A stretch of DNA of 64,000 bases from an uncultured Actinomycetes bacterium (GCA_963823255.1 CAWGKU010000004.1:35112-99111), one strand, 5' to 3'. Shown: positions 38,273-49,024, numbered from the stretch's first letter. Numbers and translations: made by a program. Notes: generated by a model from the letters alone, not told the origin.

Positions 38273-38718
38273 CCCCGACGAAGAGCCCGAGCACACACGG
38301 TGCCCACCGGCTGACTCGCACGGAGGCACCCAAGCAGGTCGTGGTCTCGGCCGTGGCTCACCGTGACAGGCGGAGATCACGCGGACCCCTTCAGCTTGTT
38401 GAGAAGAGACCTGGGGATCACGCCGGGCCGCCGGGCGCACGCGGAGCCCGCGCCACACGACGAGCCTGCTGTGTAGTGCCGAACTGCTGATCGACTGCGA
38501 GGAGGACCGGACGCTCCGAGCGGTGCGGTCCGAAAAGCCGGTTGCGCAGCGACCAGCGTCAGGGTGGCCACGCCGTCAGTGTCCAAGAATGTTGCGACTG
38601 GCCTCCCGACGCTGGTCAGCCTCTTGCCCCTCACTCCTCGAGTCGGGCATACACGTGGCGTTCCGCGGCGTTAAGTAGCTAGGTCGTTCCATTCGGAAGT
38701 TGGACGGAGGTTGGACCG

Positions 38719-39123
38719 ATGTCGGACTGGAATCGAGGTGTCATCGAGGAGTTTCGCGCGAACGAGGGGAGGGTGAGGGCGTTCGCGCGGCAGCCGCTCC
38801 TGCTCCTTACGCACACCGGATCCAAGACGGGAATCCGGCGCACGAATCCGCTCGCGTCTTTCCGCGACGGCGATCGATACGTCGTCGTCGCGTCGAAGGG
38901 TGGAGCGCCAACGAACCCGGACTGGTACCGCAACCTCGTAGCGAACCCTCGGGCATCGATCGAGGATGGGAAGGAACAGCTCGCCGTCACGGCCGTGCCT
39001 GCTGGGCCGGATGAGCGCTCACGTCTGTGGGCGATGATCACCGAGAAGAACCCGGCCTTCGCCGATTATCAGAGGAAGACGACCAGGACGATCCCCGTGG
39101 TGATCCTCACACCGGACGTGTGA
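38719..39123 (+). CDS. Nitroreductase-family deazaflavin(F420)-dependent oxidoreductase (DUF385/Ddn-like)
   Basis: MSDWNRGVIEEFRANEGRV...LLLTHTGSKTGIRRTNPLASFRDGDRYVVVASKGGAPTNPDWYRNLVANP is the canonical family pattern. Confidence 0.85.
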   Translation: MSDWNRGVIEEFRANEGRVRAFARQPLLLLTHTGSKTGIRRTNPLASFRDGDRYVVVASKGGAPTNPDWYRNLVANPRASIEDGKEQLAVTAVPAGPDERSRLWAMITEKNPAFADYQRKTTRTIPVVILTPDV

Positions 39124-39380
39124 GGCCGGGTTTGGGCTGTGGGGTGGGTGCGGTGATCCCGCACCAGCCCGATGCCTGGCCCGAGGCGGTGGTCGTCGTT
39201 CTCGATCGAACCCAGCCCATGGTGACCTGGGCCTCGCGCCTTCCCGTTGCTCGTCGGAGACGCGGTTCGGGATCCGTTCCGGGATCGCTCGTCAACCCCC
39301 TTCGACTCCATGCCATGACAGTCGACGCGGCTTCATGCGAGCGTAGCGGCGACATCATCTGAGAACGGAGGCTTGCTTCG

Positions 39381-39776
39381 ATGACGCTCGAGCTGATCAA
39401 CCCCGAGGGGCTTTCGTCACCGCTGAGCTACACACACGTCGTCGCCGCGACGGGCAGCCGGCTCGTCTTCGTCGCCGGTCAGGTGGCCGACGACGCGGAC
39501 GGGAACCTCGTCGGCGACGACGATCTCGCAGCGCAGGCCCTCCAAGCGTTCGCCAACGTCGGCCGAGCGCTCGCGGCTGTAGGCGCTCGCCCCGATCACG
39601 TTGCGAAGCTCACGATCTACGTGGTCGGGCATCGCGTCGAGTACCTGCCCGTCATCTCGGAGGCGCGGATCGCGGTCTTCGGCGACCACAAGCCGGCCGA
39701 CGTGATCGTCGGCGTCGAGACGCTGGCCGAGTCCGGCTACCGGATCGAAGTCGAAGCGCTGGCCGTCGTCGATTGA
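39381..39776 (+). CDS. RidA/YjgF-family protein
   Basis: 131 aa. YTHVVAATGSRLVFVAGQVA...AKLTIYVV...GVETLAESGYRIEVEALAVVD. Confidence 0.85.
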   Translation: MTLELINPEGLSSPLSYTHVVAATGSRLVFVAGQVADDADGNLVGDDDLAAQALQAFANVGRALAAVGARPDHVAKLTIYVVGHRVEYLPVISEARIAVFGDHKPADVIVGVETLAESGYRIEVEALAVVD

Positions 39777-40526
39777 TGCGGACCGCGATGAGCCTTCCGC
39801 CGTGGCGAGACACTACGATCGTCGCGTACCTCGACGAGCCGCCATTCGCCATCTCGGGGCAGGCGGGCGAGCGGCCGTCGGGGTGTGACATGGACGTGGC
39901 ACTTCACGTCCTCACGGGCGCGGGGGTCGGCGATATCCGCTACGTCCGGACGACATTCGACGAGCTGATCCCCGGGCTGCTCGATCAACGCTGGCACCTG
40001 ACGACGGCGATCTTCGTTACGGACGATCGTGCCGAGGTCGTGGACTTCAGCCGGCCGATCTGGGCGATGACGGATGGGTTCATCGTCCGCCGCCACGATG
40101 CCGCGCGGATGACCAGCTACGAGGCGATCGCCGCCGCCCATGCGACGCTCGCGGTGGTCGCGGGTCAGGTTCAGCGTGAGACGGCCATCGGTGCCGGTGC
40201 CGGCCGACCGGATCGTCGAGTTCCCCGATCAAGAGGCGGCGGTGGAAGCCGTCCGAAGGGGGGCGGTGGACGCTTCGGCGAGCACCGCCATCGGCAACCG
40301 GGCGTTCGTCGATCGGACGAACGACTCGACGCTCGCGGCCGTTGCGACCACTTCCCGGTCGGCCCGAGCGCCAGTCGGCGCCTTCGCCGTCGGCAAGAAT
40401 CTGCCAGACCTGACGGCGGCGCTCGACGACGTGATCGGCCGATACCTCGGTACACCCGACCATCTCGCGCTGATGCGCCGCTACGGCTTCTCGGACGACG
40501 AGCTCGCCCCGGTGCTCCCGGGGTGA
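39773..40526 (+). CDS. Family-3 solute-binding-protein-like domain protein (no signal peptide), apparent frameshift near 40190
   Basis: The first part (DTTIVAYLDEPPFAIS...FVTDDRAEVVDFSRPIW...ATLAVVAGQVQRETAIGAG) and the second part (VPADRIVEFPDQEAAVEAVRRGAVDAS...FAVGKNLPDL) lie in different frames. The junction is at a GTGCCGGTGCCGG tandem. Confidence 0.5.
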
Positions 40527-41008
40527 TCATCCGCCCACGGGTCCGGTGGGACCTCACGGAGCTCTTCCAGGACGCCTCCCGGCGCGAGGAACCCGGGTCG
40601 CTTGGCTGCAGCTCGCTAATCGCCCTGCGCGGTTGTTTCCCAAGGCGATCATCTTCATGCCAATCGCGCCCGAAAACCGAGGCGAGAAGTAGGGATTTCG
40701 TGCGTCACTTGACCACTTCGAATCGGAAGTGGGTGCACCGTGGTTCGCCTGTGTCGAACGGCGAACAACGTCGGAATCAATCCGGGTACGCAGGCTCCAC
40801 ACGTACGTCATTCGCAAAATGTATCGGGCTAAAGGAAGCTGCCAGCCGGCGCGCCTGTCGATGCGGGACGCCTCTCGTCGGTCGGCAGCGGAAGTGGTGC
40901 TCCCCATGCAGGCGCATGTCTGGAAGCGCACGCGCCGAGCGGGCCTCGCCCGATGAGTAAGAGATTGGTTGACCGTACGTCCCGGATCGCTGATCGGGTA
41001 TCGCCCGA

Positions 41009-41362
41009 TCAGCTCCGTCCATGAGCGATGGGGTGGCGGGGCTCGTAGAGCAAGACGTCCACGCCACCGGGCAAGACCATGGTCGTTGCGACCCCCCATC
41101 GCTGTTCCTCAGGCTCACCCCGGAACGTGATCCCCTTCGACTGGAGCTCGGCCACAGTGGTCGCGATGTCGTCGCACATGAGCGAGAACTCGTGGCGCGG
41201 CTGGTCGCTTGGGTGGACGCCGAGCTCGGCCGGAGGGAGTGTGAAGATCAGCCACCCCTCCCCCGCGTCGACGGTGGACCAGCCGATCGCATCGGCGAGG
41301 ACGGCGCGGAGTGCGTCGGCCTCAGGCGTGTAGATCAGTGCGTGGACTCCGGTGATTGCCAT
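41009..41362 (-). CDS. VOC/glyoxalase-family protein
   Basis: 117 aa. MAITGVHALIYTPEADALRAVLADAIGW...HEFSLMCDDIATTVAELQSKGITFRGEP. Confidence 0.75.
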   Translation of the reverse strand: MAITGVHALIYTPEADALRAVLADAIGWSTVDAGEGWLIFTLPPAELGVHPSDQPRHEFSLMCDDIATTVAELQSKGITFRGEPEEQRWGVATTMVLPGGVDVLLYEPRHPIAHGRS

Positions 41363-41601
41363 GTCTCGCCTCCTGAACGGATCGTGACACCCGCGACCCC
41401 AGCGGCCGAGTCTACCGAGCTGTCCCACTTGATCCGTAGGGCGTTCTGCGTGGGACGGGTGCCGAACGGGCCGGCAAGGATGCCTCATGCGCCGGGACTC
41501 GTGACAAGGTTATGGCGGTATCGGGAGTCGCGCGGGCGAAGGGAACGTGCAAGAACCCGCGGGCCGCTCAGGATCACACGTTCGATGCCCCGACCAACGA
41601 C

Positions 41602-41991
41602 CTAAGTCCGTGTGGGCTCCGGCGGGAGCGCCATCCGGAACATCACCATGTCACGGGCGCGGATGCCGTTCTCGACCACCGCCATCGGGTAGGTATCGAA
41701 GTAGCCCTCGCGGACACCGGCGAACCGGAAGCCCACCTTCCGGTAGAAGGCGATCGTGCCGAGGCTGCAGTCGGAGGTGCCGACCGTCAGATGGGAGGCT
41801 CCGGCCCGCGTGCAGCGATCTGCGACGGCCTCGATCGTCGCCCGCCCGAGCCCGCGCCCGCGGTAGTCCTCGGCGAGCGCGATGTTCCAGATCTCGATCT
41901 CATCGGCCTCGCGAACGAGGACCGCGACGCCGATCATCCCGTCGGCGTCGTGGACCTCGAGCAGCTCCCCGCCGTCGAGGTAGCCACGCAT
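41602..41991 (-). CDS. GNAT-family N-acetyltransferase
   Basis: Motif A RGRGLGRATIEAV and a C-terminal AFYRKVGF pattern. The start could be further upstream (GTG near 42070). Confidence 0.7.
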   Translation of the reverse strand: MRGYLDGGELLEVHDADGMIGVAVLVREADEIEIWNIALAEDYRGRGLGRATIEAVADRCTRAGASHLTVGTSDCSLGTIAFYRKVGFRFAGVREGYFDTYPMAVVENGIRARDMVMFRMALPPEPTRT

Positions 41992-42030
41992 GTGCTCCTC
42001 GGCGTCGTCCGCCTCGAGCAGAAGCGGCAG

Positions 42031-42774
42031 ATGTCGCTCTCGATCGAACGGAGCCAGGACAAGGGAGACTTCCACCACGTCGGAGCCGACTCTACAGTGC
42101 GGAAGGATGCGAACGGACCGCGGTTCGCGACGTTGCGCCCGTCTCGACGTGAGGAGCCGCTGGTGGAGTTCTTCATCTACTGCCGAGACAAGCCGGATAC
42201 CGATGCCCTCCTCGAGGAGCTCGCCGAGGCGCATTGGTCGTTCATGGATGGATACGCCGATGCGATGATCGCCCGGGGTCCGACCTTGACCCCAGACCGC
42301 ACGAGGCACACGGGCAGCATGCACATCATCGACGTGACCGACGACGACGCGGCGCACGCGTTCGCCTTCGAGGAGCCGTACTTCCAGGCGGGCGTGTACG
42401 CGCAAGTGCTCATCTACCGGTGGGTCAACGAGCTCGGGCGCACCATGTGGGACTTCCGGAGCGAGGCAACGGATCATCCGCGCTTCCTGGTCATCGGTCT
42501 CGGACGCCCGGGCGCGAGTTCCCTCGTGAACTCGCGGCTCGAGGATCATCGCCGGTATCTGGCGGAGAAGCGATACGAGCAGCGGATCATACAGCGCGGC
42601 CCACTCCTGTCCGACGGCGGCAGGGGATGGGTCGGCGATGTCATGCTCGTCGAGGTGCCCGGTCGCGCCGCGGTCGAGGCCATGGTGAGCGGCGACCCGT
42701 ACGTGTCGGCCGGGTTGTACTCGAGTGTCGAGATCCACGACTGGGAGTTCGGCGGACGACCGCAGGGGATGTGA
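42031..42774 (+). CDS. Tandem YciI-like domain protein
   Basis: Two YciI-like repeats (LVEFFIYCRDKPD...FEEPYFQAGVYAQVLIYRW and FLVIGLGRPGASS...MVSGDPYVSAGLYSSVEIHDWEF). The start is uncertain (ATG 42031 or GTG 42097). Confidence 0.6.
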   Translation: MSLSIERSQDKGDFHHVGADSTVRKDANGPRFATLRPSRREEPLVEFFIYCRDKPDTDALLEELAEAHWSFMDGYADAMIARGPTLTPDRTRHTGSMHIIDVTDDDAAHAFAFEEPYFQAGVYAQVLIYRWVNELGRTMWDFRSEATDHPRFLVIGLGRPGASSLVNSRLEDHRRYLAEKRYEQRIIQRGPLLSDGGRGWVGDVMLVEVPGRAAVEAMVSGDPYVSAGLYSSVEIHDWEFGGRPQGM

Positions 42775-42811
42775 TGCCTTGGGGTGTTCGCTGTGCTCGA
42801 GCCTCGACGCC

Positions 42812-45775
42812 TCACTTCGCGGCCTCAGTTGCCAGCGCGACCGCCTCCTCCAAGGACATGGCACCGCCCTCCGTGCGTAGACGTTGCGACTCCGCTTCGC
42901 CTAGAGCGCTCCCTAGCACCTCGATCACGTTTCGTTGGGCCTCCGCCCTCGGTCCTTGCGGATGCATCCCCACCTTCTCTTGCATGGCTGTCGCCGCACC
43001 GAGCAACAGAGCGGCGCGTTCGCTCTCACCGTTGTTGGCCAGCATGTGTGCAACACCGGTCAGGCCGAATGTCGTCTCCCACTCCGATCCCTGGGAGTGG
43101 GCGCCGCGGAGCCCGTTTCGAAACTCGCGTAGGGCGCCCGCGTAGTCCCTCTCGGCCTCACCCAGATGGCTCGCGAGGATGTACTGGCCCAAGACGGTCG
43201 CTTCCGGGGTCCCCTCCTCCTTCACGATCTCCAAGGCTTCGTCGACCGCTCGCTTCGCTCCATCGAGATCTCCCTCCATCCTCCGTCGATGAGCCAGTTG
43301 CCGGAGCCACACGATCTGCATCATCCGATTCCCGGTCTGTCGCAGCACTCCGACCATCTCTTCGAGCGCTGGGCCCGCATCGATGTCTTCGCTCACGTAC
43401 GACAGCCCTACCAAGACGTTCATAGCCATCCACCGCTCCCCGACCTGCTGCGAGAGATCCAACGCTTCTGCGTAGAGCTCACGCGCGCGGTCGTTGTCGC
43501 CCGCACGAACATGCAAACGGCCCAGCGCGTAGAGGAGGTAGATCTGGGAGACGGCATCTTCTGCCTTGCGCGCCACCTCGAGGCCCTCCTCGTAACGAGC
43601 GCGGGCTTCATCTCGATCGTCATCCGCCAACAGCCGACCGAGGACCTGCAGGGCGAAGGCGAGGTCGGCCGCGGCCCCATGAGCCCGACTCAGCTCAACC
43701 GCTTTGTTCGCCGAGTCGATCGCGGACGCCCGATCCCCCACGCGCTGCTCGATCACCGCTTCGAATCGAAGTCCTCGCGCCTCGGTTGGCTTGTCGTGTG
43801 CGCGGACGGCCGCGGCTAGGCCTTCGGTCACCATCGAACGCGCCGACTCGAGCTGGCCGCGATAGAAGGCGAGGAAGGACGCCGCGACCAGCGCGCGTCC
43901 GCGAAGTACGTCATCCGCGTCGGGGGCTCCAGCGAGCGCGTCTTCGAGCCAACCCAACCCTTCGGACCAGTGTCCCCGGACCTCCCAGAATCTCGAGAGC
44001 GCGGCACCGAGTCGGAGCCCGAGCGCGGGATCACCGTCGCCCAGGCTCCAAGCCAGAGCGGTTCGGAAGTTGTCGAGCTCCGATCCGATGCGGTCGAACC
44101 AGGGCGCTTGATCCGGTCCTCCGAGCATCGACTCGGCTCCGGTCTCGGCAAGGTCCGTGAACCACTCCGAGTGCTTGCTCCGGAACTTCTGCGCCTCAGA
44201 AGATGAGACGAGCTTGTCCAGCGCGTACTGGCGCGAGGTCTCCAGCAATCGAAATGCGGCACGGTCACCCGAGCGTTCTCTCATCACCCAGGATGTCGCC
44301 ACCAACCTTCGAAGGAGGGTCACCACCTCCGTACGATCGATCCCGTCGCCGACGCAGACCGCCTCGACATCCTCCAGTGAGAACGACCCCGACATCACCG
44401 ACAGCCTGCGCAACAGAACGCGCTCGGGTTCGGACAACAGGTCGTGACTCCACTCGACCGTCGCCAGGAGCGTCTGCTGCCGTCCCAGGTTGCGTCCGCC
44501 TCCGCCGGTCAGTAACCGGAACCGGTCGTCGAGCCGGGCGAGGATCTCTCCGACGCTCAACGTCCCGACCAAAGCAGCGGCCATCTCGATCGCCAACGGG
44601 ATCCCGTCGAGCCGGATGGTCAGGTGAGCGATCTCGGCGAGTTCCGTTTCGCCCCATTCGAACTCCGGCTCGTGACTCCTCGCCCGTTCGATGAAGAGTT
44701 GGACGGCCTCAGAGGTTTCGCCGGTATCGGTGTCCGAAGGGATCTGCAGACCTCCCACCCGGCGGATCACCTCGCCCGCGACACCGATCGGTTCCCGCGC
44801 AGTCACGAGGACCGTGAGGCCCGGGGCGGCCGAGAGCCACTTCTCCGTGAGCGCTGCGCAGGTCGGGATCAGGTGCTCGCAGTTATCCAGGATCACCAGA
44901 GGTCTCCCTGTCGACAGGAGATCGATCAAGGCGGAGTCGGCAGAGGCCCGGCTCTCTTGAACCCCCATCGCGTTCGCCGCAACCGAGAGAACGAGCTCCC
45001 GGTCGGAAACCGGCGCAAGGTCGACGAACCAGATCCCATCCGGTCGGACGGGGAAGGACGCGGAAGCTGCTTCGATAGCGAGGCGCGTCTTCCCGCAACC
45101 TCCCGGACCGGTCAACGTGACGAGCCGGGCGGTTTCCAAGAGCTCCGCGACCTCCGCCACGTCGCGGTCCCGGCCGATGAAACTCGAGATGGCCTTCGGC
45201 AGGTTGTGTCGTGCGCCGGGAGCGGTGCGTGGAGCGGGGAAGTCGCCCTGAAGGTCGGGGTGATGCAACTGGAACAGGTCTTGGGGCTCGGGGAAGTCCT
45301 TGAGCCGAAAGCGTCCTATCGGCTTCAGTGACACTTCCGGCGGCACCCGCTGTTCGGCCTGAGCTTGGACAGCCTTCGAGGTCAGGACCTGGCCTCCGTG
45401 CGCGGCGGCCGAGATACGCGCGGCCTGATGCACTGCGAGGCCGACGTAGTCATCGTCCTCGTCGATCGTGACTTCGCCGACGTGGATCCCCATCCGCACC
45501 CGCACGTGCGAGTCGGCGGGCCACGTGGCGTTGGCCAGCGCCAGTTGTCCGTCGATCGCACCGAGTATCGCCGACGAGGGATCGGCGAAGGTCACGAACA
45601 GGGCGTCTCCTTCACGTTGCAAGACCGTGCCGCCGTGAGCGGCGAATGCATCGCCGAGCACACGCCGGTGCTCGGCCAGGAGCGTCCGGTACTCGGCTCC
45701 CAGGGTTCTCAGGAGGTTCGTCGAACCCTCGATGTCGGTGAAGAGCAGAGAGAGCGTTTCGATTCGCTCGGCCAC
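42812..45775 (-). CDS. Class III adenylate/guanylate cyclase fused to NB-ARC/AAA (STAND) NTPase and TPR repeats
   Basis: GTG start at 45775 with GGAG overlapping the upstream stop. Cyclase domain (LSLLFTDIEGST...GIHVGEV). Walker A GPGGCGKTRLA. Long TPR-like C-terminus. Confidence 0.8.
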   Translation of the reverse strand: MAERIETLSLLFTDIEGSTNLLRTLGAEYRTLLAEHRRVLGDAFAAHGGTVLQREGDALFVTFADPSSAILGAIDGQLALANATWPADSHVRVRMGIHVGEVTIDEDDDYVGLAVHQAARISAAAHGGQVLTSKAVQAQAEQRVPPEVSLKPIGRFRLKDFPEPQDLFQLHHPDLQGDFPAPRTAPGARHNLPKAISSFIGRDRDVAEVAELLETARLVTLTGPGGCGKTRLAIEAASASFPVRPDGIWFVDLAPVSDRELVLSVAANAMGVQESRASADSALIDLLSTGRPLVILDNCEHLIPTCAALTEKWLSAAPGLTVLVTAREPIGVAGEVIRRVGGLQIPSDTDTGETSEAVQLFIERARSHEPEFEWGETELAEIAHLTIRLDGIPLAIEMAAALVGTLSVGEILARLDDRFRLLTGGGGRNLGRQQTLLATVEWSHDLLSEPERVLLRRLSVMSGSFSLEDVEAVCVGDGIDRTEVVTLLRRLVATSWVMRERSGDRAAFRLLETSRQYALDKLVSSSEAQKFRSKHSEWFTDLAETGAESMLGGPDQAPWFDRIGSELDNFRTALAWSLGDGDPALGLRLGAALSRFWEVRGHWSEGLGWLEDALAGAPDADDVLRGRALVAASFLAFYRGQLESARSMVTEGLAAAVRAHDKPTEARGLRFEAVIEQRVGDRASAIDSANKAVELSRAHGAAADLAFALQVLGRLLADDDRDEARARYEEGLEVARKAEDAVSQIYLLYALGRLHVRAGDNDRARELYAEALDLSQQVGERWMAMNVLVGLSYVSEDIDAGPALEEMVGVLRQTGNRMMQIVWLRQLAHRRRMEGDLDGAKRAVDEALEIVKEEGTPEATVLGQYILASHLGEAERDYAGALREFRNGLRGAHSQGSEWETTFGLTGVAHMLANNGESERAALLLGAATAMQEKVGMHPQGPRAEAQRNVIEVLGSALGEAESQRLRTEGGAMSLEEAVALATEAAK

Positions 45776-45783
45776 CGGGGCTC

Positions 45784-46158
45784 CTACGCGGTTCGGACGA
45801 AGCGGCGGACCACGTCCATCAGACCTTCGAGCTCGGGCGCCGTCGGGGGCAGCTCGTAGGAACCATGATGGCAGGCTCGCGACAACGCCCACCATGCCAG
45901 GTTCACCTCGTGCGCGGTCTCAGTGTCCTCGAGGTAGGACTGGAGACAGAGCAGCTGCACCCGAACCGGAGCGTGCCGTATACCTGGGACTTTTTCCGAG
46001 AGCGCCTCGTGCAGACCGACCTCGAGAGCCTGTCGCGCCAGGACCGCGGTCGCACGCGGCCACAGCCCGGCGGTCTCCGCGGTCGGATGGTTCAGGAGAC
46101 CCGTGGCCCGCTCGAGGATCTCGGCCGACGTCATCTCGCTGGATCCACTTATGCTCAT
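45784..46158 (-). CDS. Small helical protein (124 aa), possible HEPN-like; coupled to upstream Rad50-like ATPase
   Basis: Its start overlaps the ATPase stop (TGATG). It contains an Rx6H (RATGLLNH) segment. The stop lies 8 nt before the cyclase-STAND gene start. Confidence 0.5.
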   Translation of the reverse strand: MSISGSSEMTSAEILERATGLLNHPTAETAGLWPRATAVLARQALEVGLHEALSEKVPGIRHAPVRVQLLCLQSYLEDTETAHEVNLAWWALSRACHHGSYELPPTAPELEGLMDVVRRFVRTA

Positions 46159-48609
46159 CAGGGAAGTTGCACCAGTCCGCGGGCGAGCCTCTCGCTCTCC
46201 TTGACCAAGGTCAGCACGGCCGCCTGGCTCACCGGCTTGTGCGCCGCCTCCTGCACCCGCCGATAGGCTTCGACCGCCCACGCTCCGATCCCTCTGTCGA
46301 GCCGCGGGGCCAGGTCCTTGGTCTTGGTGATGTCGTCGAACAGGGCCAGTGCCATCAGCTCCGAAAGGCCCTTGGCGGAATCGAGGAGAGCCTCGATCGA
46401 CTCGTAGTCCTCGCCGTTGGCGAGCCTTCGCCGCGTGACCGCCTCGGTGCACGCGGCCTCCATCGCCAGACGGCAGAACACCCCCACGATACGAACCTTC
46501 ACCGCGGGATCGAGGTCCTCGCTCTTCGCCACCGCCCACGCGTCGTTGCAGTAGCGGCTGACCGGATCCTGACCGGGGCGCAGCTCGACCACCGACTCGG
46601 GCCTTCGAGTCACCTCGACGATCTTGGCGTCGATCCCCAACAGGCGGCACGAACGTGCAAGGCGCTCGTCGTGCGTGAAGACGACGACCTGGCGTGTTTG
46701 CGCCGCCCTCTCGAGCATGCGCGCCAGCCCATCGACCCGCGCCGGGTCCATCGACTGCACGGGGTCGTCGATGACCACGAAGCGGAACGGGCTCTCCGGG
46801 AGCGTCGCCCTCGGCATGAACAGACTGAGCGCGAGTGAGTTCAACTCCCCCTGACTCATGACCCCGAGCGCAGCGCCCTCCATCCCGTCGACGCTCACGT
46901 CGAGGACGACCTTCCGTGCCGATCCGGCACCGGTGAGCACGATCTTCTTCAGCAGCACGCTGCTTTGCATCCGGAGCATGTCCCAGACGCCCTGAGCCTG
47001 ATCGGCGATGGGAGCGAAGCGCTCGTTGCGTATGTCGTTGGAGGCAGCACGGATCCATTTCTCGGCGGCACTCAGGTCCTTCAGCACGTCCTCACCGCTG
47101 CGGGCTCGCTTCGCGGTGTCGAGCCATCCCGCGAGATCGGTTGCGATCGGACGCCAGACGTCCTCCCTTCGCTGAAGTTCCTTCGAGGCCGTCGCCTTCA
47201 GCCTCGTCACGCCCTCGGAGACCGGCTGAAGAGATGCCCGGAGATGCTGCGCGAGGGCCTCCGACTCCTCGATCGACGCGCCAGCCGACCACGCCTTCCA
47301 CGCGCCGATCACGTCTTCGACGTCCAGCCCGATCTCGGAGGCGCTCGACAGCACCGCGGGCACCGGCAACAGATGCGCTCGGGCGCTCTTGATCGACTCT
47401 TCCATCAACTGGTGGGCCAGGTCGACCTGCTCCGCCAGCTGACGGAGGCGGCCGAGCTCCTCCTCGGTCGCCGTGCGCCACTGGGCGTTGAGCGCTCCCT
47501 CTCCGCACACCGGGCAGCCCTGATCGCCGTGTCGTTCGTGGAACGCGAGCGCGGCCCCCAGGAGCTCTGCGGTCTGGCGCGCCTTGGCCGCCTCGGTGCC
47601 TCCCATCTCGCGAAGGGCGGACGCGGCGGCCTCGAGTCCGTCGGCGGCCGTCTTCACCTCATCGGCATCGGGCGGCTCCAAGACCGCGAGCTGTCGAAGC
47701 ACCGCGAGCTGACTCTCCTCTCGGTCGGCCTCCTCGGTTCCGATGACGGCCTTCTCCACCGCGTCGAGATCCCAGGTCTTGGCCGAAATTGCCTCGATGC
47801 ACACGCTCGCCCTCTCGTCTTCGACCATGGCGAGCCGTTCGAGGATCGGCGGCAGAGCCAGCTTCGCCTCGTCGGAGAGTTTCTTCCTCTGTTTGCTCGC
47901 TTCCTTGAGTCGAGCCTCAGCTTCGATCAGTTCCTCGAGACCCAGGATCGCGGAGAGGGCGTCATACAGAGCGGAAGGGCCGGCGTCGAGCATCGAGCCG
48001 AGCTCGCTGTAGGACAGGAAGGGGCGGTACATCTCGATCGCGCCCGCCCACCCCATCGTCTCCAGATCCGACTTCGTCGAACCCTGAGCTGAAACGATCG
48101 TATCGGCCTCCTCCAGCTTGGCGTCGGGCTTCCACTCCCTCGATACCACCGTCGTCCCCTTCGCCCCCTCGATGACGAACTCGGCATCGATGCGGGCGTC
48201 GGACTGGTGCAGGTTGCGCCATCCTTCCTTCCAGATGGCCGATCGGGTACTCCAACGGCTGTTGTCGCCGGTGAGCAGTAGCTCCAGTGCCTCGGCGAAA
48301 CTCGACTTGCCGCTTCCGTTGCGCCCGACGACGAGCGTGAGGCCTGGGCCGGTGGTGATCGGGAGCGACGCCGGATGGGCCAACGCCGCGAAAACCCCGC
48401 ACTTCGATCGATCGGATGTAGGCGGGATTCCGGGCAGAGGCCGCTTTGGCCTCAGCCTTCTTTGGGGATCTGGGGGCCTTACCCTCCAGCGTTACGTCGA
48501 GAGCATCGGCGCCGTGGCACGCCCCGATGACCAGGGCCCGGGTGCGCTCCGCCAGCTTGTCGTCGGCGTCTAGCCGCCCGAGGATGATGCCCTCGAGTAC
48601 GTCGTCCAT
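46158..48609 (-). CDS. Rad50/SbcC-like ABC ATPase with long coiled coil and CxxC zinc hook (apparent frameshift near 48400)
   Basis: The N-terminus ...NPAYIRSIEVRGFRGVGP (ORF 47962..48609) joins the 741-aa ORF. Walker A GRNGSGKSS, mid-protein GCPVCGEG zinc hook, signature-like MSQGELNSLALSLF, Walker B FVVIDDPVQSMD, H-loop VVVFTHDE. Confidence 0.7.
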
Positions 48610-49024
48610 CGCTTCAACGAGGGTATTTCAAATCCGGTCTAGCCGGCAGGTCAACCTGGATCCGTTGTCGACAACGAACAGGAAGGGTTGAGGTAGTTCG
48701 TAGCGTCAGCGATGGGGGTGGGAAGTCGGCGCCCCGCGCGCGGCGTTGCACCGTTGATGGTGGGTCCGCGGCAACTGAGGGTTGCGCTGACGTTTCGTTG
48801 CGTCGGGCATGTACGGCCGGGTCGCCTTGGCCCGGTATCTCGCGGCATGATCTTGATCCCTCCCACGTACCCTTTGCGCGACCGCGTGTTCGCGCCGCAC
48901 GGCGAGCCGGTCGTGCAGCCGTTTCCAAGCTCGCGGACTTGCACGAGCGCGCAAGTGCCGTCGTGGTCCTCCGGGCTGAACTAGATACTGAGAGAAGCCT
49001 CCGTCGACTTCGAGATGTCTCTAC

